DNA of 64,000 nt from an uncultured bacterium (GTDB lineage: Bacteria; Patescibacteriota; Dojkabacteria; J137): the NCBI GenBank assembly GCA_963700155.1, contig OY969472.1, positions 936,690-1,000,689 on the forward strand, written 5' to 3'. Numbering within the stretch: position 1 is the stretch's first letter; each line of letters opens with the position of its first letter. Shown here in pieces: positions 44,763 to 55,050 of the stretch. The notes below the pieces were generated by a model. It was not told where the DNA came from, did not search any database, and saw only the letters and a list, made by a program, of their open reading frames with translations. The position numbers and the translations under genes were made by a program.

Positions 44763-46556
44763 CTAGAGCTTTGCTTCTAAAATTTTAGCTTCTTTAATTT
44801 CTCTCTTTCTAAAATTCCTTATTTTTCTTGTTAAAGAATACTTATCTTCACTAATTAAACTTTCTAATTTATTTATTATTCTAATGGCTGCTTCAAATTC
44901 TGGCTCAACAATACTGGATATATTTTCAGAATCTGTAAGAGTATTACTAGTTCTCAATACAATTTCAATCTTTGAATTAATTTTCTTTAATTCTTTTACA
45001 AAATTTGATAATTCAAGCGTATTAGTTTCAGGAAGTGCCACGACAATAGCTTTCGCATCTTTTATTCCTGCTTTTATAAGTATATCCAAATTTGTTGCAT
45101 CTCCAAAAATAATATTTTGATGCTCTAGTGCTGCTTTCTGTACCAAGTTGCTGTCCATTTCTATAATTACATATTCTTCTTTTGAAAGATTAACTGCCTT
45201 AGCAACATATCTTCCAACTTTTCCAAATCCACAGATAATAATATGATTCGTTAATTCAGGCTGAACTTCTTGAGATAAATGCTTTAAGAAGAATTTCCTG
45301 TACAAATTTGGGAAATAAGTTCTAACTCTTCCTTGTACAAAATTATAAACATCATCGGAATACGAGTACAAAAATGGAGTTGCAGTCATTGTAACGATTG
45401 TAGCAATTAATACTATTGAATAGACTTGTTCATTTATCCATCCACTTGAAAACCCAATACTTATTGCCAAAAAAGCAAATTCACCTATTTGAGATAAACC
45501 TAAGCCTACCTTAATTGCATTTTTAGGATGAATATTAAAGAGAATATTTATTACTATGATCACAACTATCTTAAATAAAACAAGAAGAAAAATTATTCCC
45601 AGCAAAGAAGGAATATCACTCAACAAAGTGTTTATTTGAAATAAAGTTCCAATAGACACAAAAAAGATCATTGAAAACAAATCTCTTAAAGGTTTAATCT
45701 CTGTAAAAATTTCATGTCTTAAGAAAGTATCAGATAAAGCAATCCCAGTTAAAAATGCACCAAGAGTATAAGAAATCCCTAATAATTCTGTGAGTAAAGC
45801 AAACCCAACACTTAATGCTACTACCGATATTAATAGTATTTCCTGTGATCTAGTTTCTGCAATTTTCTCAAATATTTTCGGGACAATAAATCTTCCTACA
45901 AAGAAAGTTACAACTATTAAGATTACAGCCTTTATTATTGGTTCTATTATATTAACAGCACCATTTCCTTCATTAGGTGCATAAGTTTTTAAAAGCAAAA
46001 ATAATGCAATTATTAAAATATCCTGCATAACAAGCCACCCAACCATAATATTGCTTGCTCGTGCAGACAGTTCTTCATTCTGTTCTAACATTTTAAGAAC
46101 AAATGCTGTAGAGCTTGTTGCACCAACAACTCCGATAAAGAAGGCTTCATATTGAGAAAGTCCAAAAACCTGCATAACTAATGCTCCAAAAATTATTACA
46201 AGAACTGTCTGCACGAGCACTCCAATTACAACAAGATTCCTAATTTTAGTTATGTTGTTTACTGAAAATTCAATTCCAGCTGCAAAAAGTAAGAAAGCGA
46301 TTCCAAGCTGAGCTGCCTGAGTTATAAATTCTGAATTGAAACTATAGTGAACACCTAGAATAGATATGACTATACTTATTATAAGTCCTGCAAGTATATA
46401 TCCAACAATTGAAGGCAATTTTGATTTAACAGCAATGTATCCACCAATACTTCCAGCGAGGATAATTATTGCTAAATCGGCTAATGATGAAAATGAATTA
46501 CTCATAATATTGTTGCTACTACGTATAATATAATTCCTAATGGAATTAAAATCCAA
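44763..46556 (-). CDS. CPA2 cation:proton antiporter with TrkA-N domain
   Basis: SSTA, VMQD, LGAFLTG, SQIGEF, ICGFGKVG, FGDAT. Confidence 0.92.
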   Translation of the reverse strand: MDFNSIRNYIIRSSNNIMSNSFSSLADLAIIILAGSIGGYIAVKSKLPSIVGYILAGLIISIVISILGVHYSFNSEFITQAAQLGIAFLLFAAGIEFSVNNITKIRNLVVIGVLVQTVLVIIFGALVMQVFGLSQYEAFFIGVVGATSSTAFVLKMLEQNEELSARASNIMVGWLVMQDILIIALFLLLKTYAPNEGNGAVNIIEPIIKAVILIVVTFFVGRFIVPKIFEKIAETRSQEILLISVVALSVGFALLTELLGISYTLGAFLTGIALSDTFLRHEIFTEIKPLRDLFSMIFFVSIGTLFQINTLLSDIPSLLGIIFLLVLFKIVVIIVINILFNIHPKNAIKVGLGLSQIGEFAFLAISIGFSSGWINEQVYSIVLIATIVTMTATPFLYSYSDDVYNFVQGRVRTYFPNLYRKFFLKHLSQEVQPELTNHIIICGFGKVGRYVAKAVNLSKEEYVIIEMDSNLVQKAALEHQNIIFGDATNLDILIKAGIKDAKAIVVALPETNTLELSNFVKELKKINSKIEIVLRTSNTLTDSENISSIVEPEFEAAIRIINKLESLISEDKYSLTRKIRNFRKREIKEAKILEAKL

Positions 46557-46963
46557 TAATCAATTGGTAAATATAAAAACCAGTAATTATGCCATTTGAT
46601 ATGTTCTTTATTAAACTTTCTTAATCCATATCCAGGATTAAATATAAACCATAAAAAATCTTCGAGTGGATTTAAGAGTATATAGAAAGAAAGTATAAAA
46701 AATTCAGCTCTTAAGCTCCAAGGAATAAATAGAAATGCAAAATGTGGTAATAATAAAATTAATGCAAAAATAAAGGTATGATAACCGGTTATTTCACGAT
46801 TAAAAAAGAAAAATGTTGATTTTATTTTAAACCGCCAGGTGGGCAGCTTCGCTGCCCACCCAAATTTCCCTTCTATCTGAATTTCTGTCATGGCAAACAA
46901 GAAAGCTGCTAGAATTAAAAATCCAAAGAAAAAAATCACATCTTCCATAAATTCAAAATACAA
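46502..46963 (-). CDS. small membrane protein; paralog of 34334-34774
   Basis: EIQIEGKFGWAAKLPTWR. Confidence 0.8.
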   Translation of the reverse strand: MYFEFMEDVIFFFGFLILAAFLFAMTEIQIEGKFGWAAKLPTWRFKIKSTFFFFNREITGYHTFIFALILLLPHFAFLFIPWSLRAEFFILSFYILLNPLEDFLWFIFNPGYGLRKFNKEHIKWHNYWFLYLPIDYWILIPLGIILYVVATIL

Positions 46964-46985
46964 AGTTATGTTAACTATATCATTA

Positions 46986-47645
46986 TTATCTTAAACTGAA
47001 CAAATCACCCATACCTAAGTTCTTAGATAGATCATTTATTTTGTCCATAATTGATTTGATTTTATCTCCCCAATTTTGACAACCCGGTTCACTTCCACAA
47101 AAAGTATTTTCCATAAGGCTTGGGTCAATCATATAGTCAGGGCCATATTGTTTTGCAAGGACTTCAGTTACCTTGTCAATTCCTGCTTCAAAACTTGGAA
47201 ATGTAACTCTGTATTCCGCTGGACCACCAAATCCCCAGCAATTATGCATTCCTGCGGAATTATTATAATTACATAAATGCGTCTCATTCATTGCTATAGC
47301 AACTACTGTTGTACAATCTCTTGGTGCATTATATTTTGTACATGAATCAACAAACATTTTTGCTGTACCGTAAAGTGGAGATTTATTTTGTAGAAAGTAT
47401 TGGTCTAATACATAAATTCTTTTATCAAAATCTCTTACTGTAGCAGTAAAATTTACATAATTATAATTTTTAAAATTGTTTGTATGATCAACAATGTTAG
47501 GAGCTGTATATTGGATATTTGAATTTTCTTCTGCATAAACTTCTTGAGAGTCTAAAATTTTGACATTCCTACTTACAATAAGTATTAATAAGCTTACAAA
47601 TATAAGTATTATGAGATTTTTGATAGAAAAAGTATTTATCTTCAC
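46986..47645 (-). CDS. lysozyme/glucosaminidase-like exported protein
   Basis: N-terminal TM; VAIAMNETH, HNCWGFG, FPSFEAGI. Confidence 0.65.
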   Translation of the reverse strand: MKINTFSIKNLIILIFVSLLILIVSRNVKILDSQEVYAEENSNIQYTAPNIVDHTNNFKNYNYVNFTATVRDFDKRIYVLDQYFLQNKSPLYGTAKMFVDSCTKYNAPRDCTTVVAIAMNETHLCNYNNSAGMHNCWGFGGPAEYRVTFPSFEAGIDKVTEVLAKQYGPDYMIDPSLMENTFCGSEPGCQNWGDKIKSIMDKINDLSKNLGMGDLFSLR

Positions 47646-47726
47646 TTAAGTATTTTAACTGTAATTCTTGTACAGTTTACATTACTAAGCTTAAAGAATC
47701 CAGAAATCAAAATTTGGATAGTTTAC

Positions 47727-48071
47727 TTAACTTTCTAAATCTTTAAATGAACTTGCCGAATCTATGAGTATCTGCTCATCAGTTAAAATCAGTAAAGCTG
47801 CAGCAAACCTGTCTTCCCCTTCTTTTGTGAAATATAGTCGCCAAAAGGGATTTTCTTGATTGAGTATCTCTTCGGATTCAACTACTCTTCCAAGAAGAAT
47901 AGATAATCCTTCTGCAATATTACCAGCATCTAATAGTGGTGTAACTACTCTCTCTATATCATCAATAGATGGATTATTTCCAAGGTTGTGTTTTGAATAT
48001 AATTTAAGGATATATTGATCTGTAATGACTCTATTTGTCCAGTATATTTCTTCAGTGTTTTTATTATCCAT
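47727..48071 (-). CDS. hypothetical protein
   Basis: 114-aa ORF co-oriented with neighbours. Confidence 0.55.
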   Translation of the reverse strand: MDNKNTEEIYWTNRVITDQYILKLYSKHNLGNNPSIDDIERVVTPLLDAGNIAEGLSILLGRVVESEEILNQENPFWRLYFTKEGEDRFAAALLILTDEQILIDSASSFKDLES

Positions 48072-48088
48072 ATAATTTTAATAAGAAT

Positions 48089-48865
48089 TTAAATGATTGT
48101 TTTTACAGCAAGGATAACGATTCTGTTTTTACCATCGTTTGTAACGATTTGCAGATAATTCTCATCATTATTTATTTTGTATATAAAATCTGATGAAAAG
48201 TTGAAAGTGTTTGTGCCGATTATCTTGTATGTTGAAGTACTTCCATTTGAATTATCTAAAATAATTTCATCATTAATACTCAACTTGTTTAAGTACCAAC
48301 AACTTCTTGGGTCCGTTGATTTAAACTGTGATCTATAGCATAAAAGTATAATCTCACCTTTATTAATAAGATTAGAACCTGGATAAATAAAGAATCCATT
48401 TTGAAGTATAAATTGCGCATCACTTCCATGCATTGCTGGCGAATCTAAGCCTATGCTTGGGATTTCAACTCTAAATTTTATTTGAGTTAAATTATTCCCT
48501 GTCTGAATTCTTGATGCCAAAGCTTCTTTTAAGATTGGCTCCTTACTAATGTTAACTGAAGTACTTCCTAATACCTGAGCATTTTTATATGGCATTTCAT
48601 ATTTTATAGCATTTGTTTGTTCAGAGTCATTTTGATTTTGGTTAGCTTGAGGAGTTTCAATAGCTGAGACTGCTGGAACCTGAAAGTTATAATCAACAGG
48701 CTGCTGAATCCTAAAAAAGTTCCCTACACTGTTTATTCCATCATTAATTGGCTGAGCAATAATTCCCCAAATTAAGTTAAAAATAATAATAACTGTAACA
48801 ATACAGACAACCAAGATTGCTGCCACTAACAAAAATGTATTTTGATCTTCTTTTGAAAAATTCAT
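48089..48865 (-). CDS. sortase-like protein with degenerate active site
   Basis: RVEIPSIGLD, LNKLSINDEI; CYR in place of GHR, IVTND in place of LITC. Confidence 0.7.
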   Translation of the reverse strand: MNFSKEDQNTFLLVAAILVVCIVTVIIIFNLIWGIIAQPINDGINSVGNFFRIQQPVDYNFQVPAVSAIETPQANQNQNDSEQTNAIKYEMPYKNAQVLGSTSVNISKEPILKEALASRIQTGNNLTQIKFRVEIPSIGLDSPAMHGSDAQFILQNGFFIYPGSNLINKGEIILLCYRSQFKSTDPRSCWYLNKLSINDEIILDNSNGSTSTYKIIGTNTFNFSSDFIYKINNDENYLQIVTNDGKNRIVILAVKTII

Positions 48866-48954
48866 TATAAATATAATTATTTTATTTAAATAATTATAAC
48901 ATTTTAGTGGTATTTTGAGCTATATTCGTTATATCTTTAAGCTCGGAAGTGATT

Positions 48955-51162
48955 TCAGAATAAATCTTTAATTAATCTCCCTCTTCCTCGCTTTTGAGGT
49001 TTTAAATTTTCAATATTATTTTCTTCAGTTTCGTGCATAAGTGTATTGAAAATATCATCAGGACGATCTCTTAAAATAATGCCTGTAATCTTTAATGACA
49101 AAAGATTTTCAATAACATTTTTTCTAAATTCATTATTTGTAATCTTTACCCAGATTTCTATATTTGAATTACTAGTTATATCTTTTATTACACCAATTTG
49201 ATTCAACATCATTTCATGATCAGAATCATGTAAAACTGACTTTGAAGTACTATTTGTGAAAAGTTTTTCGTAATCAATGATTATCCCATCAATATCCTCT
49301 GATTCAATTTTTTTAAGTTCAAAAACGAATGAAGGGAATAGGACTTCAGTATATATTTTTAAGCTGGTGGATCTTCTCAGACCTAACGATGCAATAAGTT
49401 TCTTGATTTTTATTAAATTATCATAACTTTTTACCGATGGAATTGATAAGTCAATATTTTTGAATCTAAGTTGGTTTCTGCATTTTTTTAATGCAAGAAT
49501 TTCTGCAGTGATGCTATCAGGGTTATTTATAAATCTTTCATCATTAAAATCTTTATGTTTTGAAAGGTCTACTCCTAAAAGTTTTAGTTTATCAATATCT
49601 ATATTTGAGAATTGGTAAATTAATTTATTATTTTCGATTATTCTTACTGCAGTTGAGATATCTAGTGTAAAAGTGTCAACAACTTGATTTAAGCTTCCTT
49701 CTTTTTGAATTACTTCTTCCGGAAGCGCATTATTATTTAAAATAATTTCAGTCCCATCAATAAATGCACCGTTTAAATTTTTAGCAGTTGAAAGCGCTTC
49801 CGTACTCATCTTTGACACATCAAGAATAACTGGTGTTAAAAAGTTATAATCTTGATTGTCTTCATGAATTTCATTAACTTGGGTAACCAAATCTTCTTTA
49901 TCTTTTTCTTTTTGAATTTCAGGAGCGTTTACACTTCTTTCTAAATCAAGGTTCAAAAGTGGAGTTTTTTGTTGGGCGATTTGTTGAACTTCTTTAACAA
50001 GTTTATGTATATTCGCTTGTGATTTATCAACTACAACCTTTTCAAATGCACCTAATTTTTCATCTGGTATTTTTTCAGAAAGCTGGGTATTAAGACTTGA
50101 TGTTTTTTTTATATCATTCGATTTTATTTCAGTATTTAAATTATTTTGAACTGTTGCTTCAGAAGTTAAATTTGTACTAAATGACCCAGCTTTCTGAACT
50201 TCATCAATATTCAGGATCGTAAAATCGCCCAACTCCAAACTCCACATAATTTCAATTGGATTCTTAAAATAACCTTCAAGTTTTTTTGAAATTTTTGTCA
50301 AATCTACGATTTTTTTATCATCAAGTTTTTGGACTTTTCTCCAATGGTTTGAAATATCAATTTTGACATTGGGATTTTCTCCTGGAGTATAATTTCCTTT
50401 CCTTACAACCATTTTATCTTGCTGGATTATATTTTTCTCTTCAATCTTTAATGTATTTTTATCAATTTTATACACATCGTAACCATTTTCGTTTAGATCT
50501 TTTGGATCTTCAAAACCATATAATGCATGAATCTCGGTCGTATTAGTATTGTTATTTATTTGCGAGATAGAATAAATTTTTCCAGAAATTTCTGATTGTG
50601 GCATCCTTTTTACAAGAATAGCAATCGATAATATTCCATTATAATTTTTATTTGTTTTCCATTCTATTGCTTCGGTTGAGAATAATGAAATCCAGATTTC
50701 TTTTATTTTATAAATTAGTTCTTTGTTGCCTTTTATATTAATATCTCTCGAATTATTAACATTATGTGGTAGAAATCTAGGATCTATAATATTTGAAGGT
50801 GTAATGAATAAATATGGACTTCCATGATCACCAAGATTTCTATAAGCTTCAGAAAGTGGTCTCTCTATTATGGAAGGAATATTTGCATTCAATATTAAGG
50901 ATGAGATTTCTTCAGAAGCTTTTTTCGCTAAGATTTTTGAATATGGTTTTACGTTTTGTAAACTTTGAGAGATAGGATCTACTAAATTATTTGCAGTAAT
51001 AAAATCATCAAAAGTTCTAGTGGTTATAACAAATCCATCAGTAGTTCTGACGTTTGCGTCATAAAGACAGGAATTATCAATTGCAGTTTTCCCAATAAGC
51101 TCAAAATCATCAGCTTCTATATTTTTAAGGTTGAGCACATAAGGCATCGGCCTTCCCAGCAT
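48955..51162 (-). CDS. degenerate PEP synthase/PPDK-like protein
   Basis: IGK..., GFVITT, IWISLFS, SG, IMWS N-domain; diverged C-terminal barrel; no phospho-His motif seen. Confidence 0.7.
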   Translation of the reverse strand: MLGRPMPYVLNLKNIEADDFELIGKTAIDNSCLYDANVRTTDGFVITTRTFDDFITANNLVDPISQSLQNVKPYSKILAKKASEEISSLILNANIPSIIERPLSEAYRNLGDHGSPYLFITPSNIIDPRFLPHNVNNSRDINIKGNKELIYKIKEIWISLFSTEAIEWKTNKNYNGILSIAILVKRMPQSEISGKIYSISQINNNTNTTEIHALYGFEDPKDLNENGYDVYKIDKNTLKIEEKNIIQQDKMVVRKGNYTPGENPNVKIDISNHWRKVQKLDDKKIVDLTKISKKLEGYFKNPIEIMWSLELGDFTILNIDEVQKAGSFSTNLTSEATVQNNLNTEIKSNDIKKTSSLNTQLSEKIPDEKLGAFEKVVVDKSQANIHKLVKEVQQIAQQKTPLLNLDLERSVNAPEIQKEKDKEDLVTQVNEIHEDNQDYNFLTPVILDVSKMSTEALSTAKNLNGAFIDGTEIILNNNALPEEVIQKEGSLNQVVDTFTLDISTAVRIIENNKLIYQFSNIDIDKLKLLGVDLSKHKDFNDERFINNPDSITAEILALKKCRNQLRFKNIDLSIPSVKSYDNLIKIKKLIASLGLRRSTSLKIYTEVLFPSFVFELKKIESEDIDGIIIDYEKLFTNSTSKSVLHDSDHEMMLNQIGVIKDITSNSNIEIWVKITNNEFRKNVIENLLSLKITGIILRDRPDDIFNTLMHETEENNIENLKPQKRGRGRLIKDLF

Positions 51163-51217
51163 CTTTTCTAATTAAAAATTAACAATGAGCAAATAATAAT
51201 ATTTCTCTAGATTTATT

Positions 51218-52369
51218 ATGATGAGAATGCGAAGTGATGTCAATCAATTCAAAATTTCTGATTTTAAATTTTTAGTGATAAAATCAAAAAAATTTTTAAA
51301 CAGTATGGCAGGACAAATAGATTTGTACAAACCAAAAGAAAATATTGAAAGAGTAAGGAAAACCCATCTTTCTCAATTTCTTAATGAGATTTCGAAATAT
51401 ATCGAAATTATTAATAATGATGATATTGATGATTTAGAAAAACTTAATTCTTTAGAAAAAGTAATAGAGGCTATTACATCTTTATTTATTTTGTATAGGA
51501 ATGAAATAAATAGTTCATTAGAGATATTACTTGATAATCCAAACGCTCTAAATAAAAATGACACTGAATACTTTCTCAGAAAGGAACTTCATGATTTCGA
51601 ATCATATTTTATTGAAGAAATATCATTAGAGTTAAAACTTAACTTTGAAGAATATGAGCTTATATGTGGATTAATTTTATCAGAATTTGATTCATTAATT
51701 TTGGACAAAGTCAGTTCATTAGATTATGTAGAAAAGTGGAAAAGAAGAGATGATTCTGAAGAGGAAGATGTATTTGGTTTTCTAAGCGCAGAAATTCCAG
51801 ATAATGAAAGAAAAAAGGCTATAAGTGTGTATAAAAATTTAATAAAAGATAGGGATATTCTTGGACAAATACTTGACGATACAGTATTCAATGGACTTGT
51901 AGAACTAGCCAGATCGGATTCATTTTTAGCTGATAAATATTTAATGAATTTATTAAAGATGTTAATAGATAAAAAGTTAGAATTCACTTATCGTCTACCC
52001 GGATACGTTGATTTAGATACAACAATTACGGGTATTATCTTTTTTATGCTTTTCCTTTTGGGAATAGGTGCATTTAGTCTTTGGGATTCTGATCCTGAAG
52101 TAATCGCTGCTTCCTTTATTATTCTTGATGTAATTTCCTGGATTGTATTTATTAATATTTTAAGGAAGAATCATAACTTTAAGCTTAAATATAATAAAAT
52201 AATTAAAAAAGGTATTGAGAATATTCCAGAGATGATTGAGGGAAGATTAAACGAGCCAAAAGTTAAAAATGACGATCTCGAACTTGATACTGGTGAATCT
52301 GAAGGAATTGATGAGGAAGATGACAGTGACAATATGTCACTGGATAATTTATTATATACTGAAGGATAA
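51218..52369 (+). CDS. hypothetical 2-TM protein; probable paralog of 53089-54201
   Basis: FLSAE, KY..I/L..G.EN, ends SL..L...EG. Confidence 0.7.
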   Translation: MMRMRSDVNQFKISDFKFLVIKSKKFLNSMAGQIDLYKPKENIERVRKTHLSQFLNEISKYIEIINNDDIDDLEKLNSLEKVIEAITSLFILYRNEINSSLEILLDNPNALNKNDTEYFLRKELHDFESYFIEEISLELKLNFEEYELICGLILSEFDSLILDKVSSLDYVEKWKRRDDSEEEDVFGFLSAEIPDNERKKAISVYKNLIKDRDILGQILDDTVFNGLVELARSDSFLADKYLMNLLKMLIDKKLEFTYRLPGYVDLDTTITGIIFFMLFLLGIGAFSLWDSDPEVIAASFIILDVISWIVFINILRKNHNFKLKYNKIIKKGIENIPEMIEGRLNEPKVKNDDLELDTGESEGIDEEDDSDNMSLDNLLYTEG

Positions 52370-52376
52370 TTCTTGA

Positions 52377-53030
52377 ATGCTTCAAGTAAAAAAACTATTT
52401 TCAGAAATAAATGAACTTCACTTAAAGCATGGTGATTCGGATTTTACAGCTATATATGGTGCTGGTGAAATAAATCAACCTAAAATGTGTTTTATCTTTA
52501 TGAATCCGACAGGAAGAAATGTATCTTCAGTTAAAGATTGGACGGGGTTGCGTGCACCTTGGCTTGGAACAAAAAATGTTTGGAGGATGTTTTATAAACT
52601 TGGAATTTTAGAAGAGAACTACTGGGAAAAGATAAATAAACTTAAACCAAATGAGTGGGATGTTGAGTTTTCAGAAGATCTTTATAGTTATTTAGGCAGA
52701 AAATCCATTTATATTACTAATATTGCCAAGTGTACAAAGGTAAATGCTAAACATCTTCCAGACAGTGTCTATAAGGATTTTCTGCCATCTCTTCTAAAAG
52801 AGTTGAAAATTATCCGACCTCAAATAACTTTTGCTTTCGGAAATCAAGTGAGCTCTATTTTGCTAGGAAAGAATATTTCAGTTTCTAACTATCAAAATGA
52901 TGAATTTGAAATTCTTAACTTAGGAGATGGCATAAAACTTAAGATCTTTCCAACATATTATCCAGTTGGCCAGGGAACTCCCAATATGCCTAAAGCGATG
53001 AAGAGAATACAGGCAGTACTGAAAAGTTAA
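52377..53030 (+). CDS. uracil-DNA glycosylase superfamily protein
   Basis: YGAG...PK..FIFMNP, YITNIAKC, FGN, PTYYP. Confidence 0.75.
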   Translation: MLQVKKLFSEINELHLKHGDSDFTAIYGAGEINQPKMCFIFMNPTGRNVSSVKDWTGLRAPWLGTKNVWRMFYKLGILEENYWEKINKLKPNEWDVEFSEDLYSYLGRKSIYITNIAKCTKVNAKHLPDSVYKDFLPSLLKELKIIRPQITFAFGNQVSSILLGKNISVSNYQNDEFEILNLGDGIKLKIFPTYYPVGQGTPNMPKAMKRIQAVLKS

Positions 53031-53088
53031 TTAAAAATTTAATTTTATATTTTTATGCTAAAATCCAGAAGATATTATTAAGAATAGT

Positions 53089-54201
53089 ATGTCTGATCAA
53101 TTGAATCAATCAAATAACTTAGATAATGTTAATGCTCAAATTGATGATGTCGTTAATAAGAAGTTAGCTTCACTTGAAGCAGATATAATTCAGTTTACCT
53201 CACTGGTAGATCTTGATGGAGAAAACGAATTTTACAATAGGAGGTATATTGATCCATATGCCTTGCAACAAGCAGCAGATAAAATGAATCTTTATTATGA
53301 AGATCTATTAAAATCACTTATTTCATTTATGAATACCATAAATTTTTCTAGAGATAATGTTTTGGATAGAGAAGGTATTATTGATCATATTAACTTAAAA
53401 TTAGCAGAGCTCTCATATCGTATATATAGTACATTATCGGATACTGCTATTATTGATATGGTTTTATATAAAGAGATTTTAGATATTATTTTTTTTGATT
53501 TAGATTCTCAAGTTGATGAGAAAAATTTAAGAATTCAAGGTTTGATAAAAAATAAATTAAGTGTTCCAATAGGTGAAGATGAAAGTAGGGACATTACTTT
53601 CCTTTCTGCAGAAACTTCAGGTAAAGAAAGGACTAAATTAAGACAGCAAATTGCTGAAATTGAAAAGATGAAAGCAACAGCAGAAAAAATTTTATATGAG
53701 AATTTAGGATTTTCTTCTAACCGAAAGATTTTAAGTAGTGATTCTCAGAGGAGGTTAGTTAAGTTAATATCAGGTCACATGAAATTAGACATGGAGTGGG
53801 GTGATTTAGGCTTGTCTAGAAAAGATAGAATATATTTCATTTTTCTTTTTCCTTTAATTATTGCAGGAGTTAATTTAGGAATGTCAGCAGATGATTTTGC
53901 TAAACATAATTATGCTTCAATTGATGCTCTTGGTTATATTTATCTATATGTAGCAATTATATTTTTTATTGTTACAGTTATCGGATTTTCTTACCCAACA
54001 ATCTATATAAAATATAGAGAAAGAAAGTATAAGAATTTATTAAATTCAGGGTTAGAAAATCTGAAACTACCTCCTGATAGAGTTAAGAAAAAATTTACAA
54101 AAGAAATGTTACGAGATCTAGACGATGGTCAATTTCCCGAAGATTTTGATATGAATCCAGATTCTGCAAGTTTAGCAGATCTTAATATTAGTGAGGGGTA
54201 A
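53089..54201 (+). CDS. hypothetical 2-TM protein; probable paralog of 51218-52369
   Basis: same architecture and terminal motif. Confidence 0.7.
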   Translation: MSDQLNQSNNLDNVNAQIDDVVNKKLASLEADIIQFTSLVDLDGENEFYNRRYIDPYALQQAADKMNLYYEDLLKSLISFMNTINFSRDNVLDREGIIDHINLKLAELSYRIYSTLSDTAIIDMVLYKEILDIIFFDLDSQVDEKNLRIQGLIKNKLSVPIGEDESRDITFLSAETSGKERTKLRQQIAEIEKMKATAEKILYENLGFSSNRKILSSDSQRRLVKLISGHMKLDMEWGDLGLSRKDRIYFIFLFPLIIAGVNLGMSADDFAKHNYASIDALGYIYLYVAIIFFIVTVIGFSYPTIYIKYRERKYKNLLNSGLENLKLPPDRVKKKFTKEMLRDLDDGQFPEDFDMNPDSASLADLNISEG

Positions 54202-54279
54202 GACTTGCTAAAAACAATTTTAGTTGAATCTCTCATATCCATAAGTTAAATTCTCATTATAATTTATTATTTATTCAAG

Positions 54280-54987
54280 ATGAAAAATCCTGAAGTTTCA
54301 GTTCATTATTTACAAAATGAGATTATAAGAAGACTTAGTCTTAGACCGAAACTCAGATTTAACGAATTAATAATAGAGGGTCTCGAGAGTGAGCATATGA
54401 ATTATCATCTTAAGAAATTATTAGATTTGAAATTTGTAGGAAAAGATAAAGAATATTATCAATTGACTGATTTAGGCAAAGATTACAGTAATTCTATGGA
54501 TGATGAGAATAAATATATTGAGAAGCAGCCAAAAACTTCTATTTTAATAAGGGGTTTAAGAAAAAATAAGAAAGGTGAAGTTGATCATTTATTATCTAAA
54601 AGGTTAAAACAGCCATATTATGGAAAAATAGGGAGATTGAGCGGAAAAGTTAAATTCGGTGAAACCTTGGTAAAGGCTGCACAAAGGGAGCTTTATGAAG
54701 AGACTGGATTAAAAGCAGAGTTTATTCAGTTAGAAGAGATTTATCATAAATTAAGGTTTAAAAATGAAGATAATTTTGTGCAAGATGTTGTATTTTATGT
54801 TTTCTTTATGACAGGTTTTAAAGGGAAATTTATAAAAAAGACTTCGTATCAGGAAAATCTATGGATTTCGAAAAGTGAAGTTAAAAAACAAAAATTAGAT
54901 TTATTTGAAAATTTAGTACTTAATAATAGGTATAAACCAAAAAGATTAAAATTGATCGAGGATATATCTGTAGCAGATGGATATTAA
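54280..54987 (+). CDS. winged-HTH plus NUDIX protein
   Basis: MNYHLKKL..YQLTDLG; SGKVKFGE..AAQRELYEETGL. Confidence 0.85.
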   Translation: MKNPEVSVHYLQNEIIRRLSLRPKLRFNELIIEGLESEHMNYHLKKLLDLKFVGKDKEYYQLTDLGKDYSNSMDDENKYIEKQPKTSILIRGLRKNKKGEVDHLLSKRLKQPYYGKIGRLSGKVKFGETLVKAAQRELYEETGLKAEFIQLEEIYHKLRFKNEDNFVQDVVFYVFFMTGFKGKFIKKTSYQENLWISKSEVKKQKLDLFENLVLNNRYKPKRLKLIEDISVADGY

Positions 54988-55050
54988 TAACTTCTTGACT
55001 TCTTTTTTAGAATAATTTAATCTTTTATATACTTATAATATAGAGTAAAT

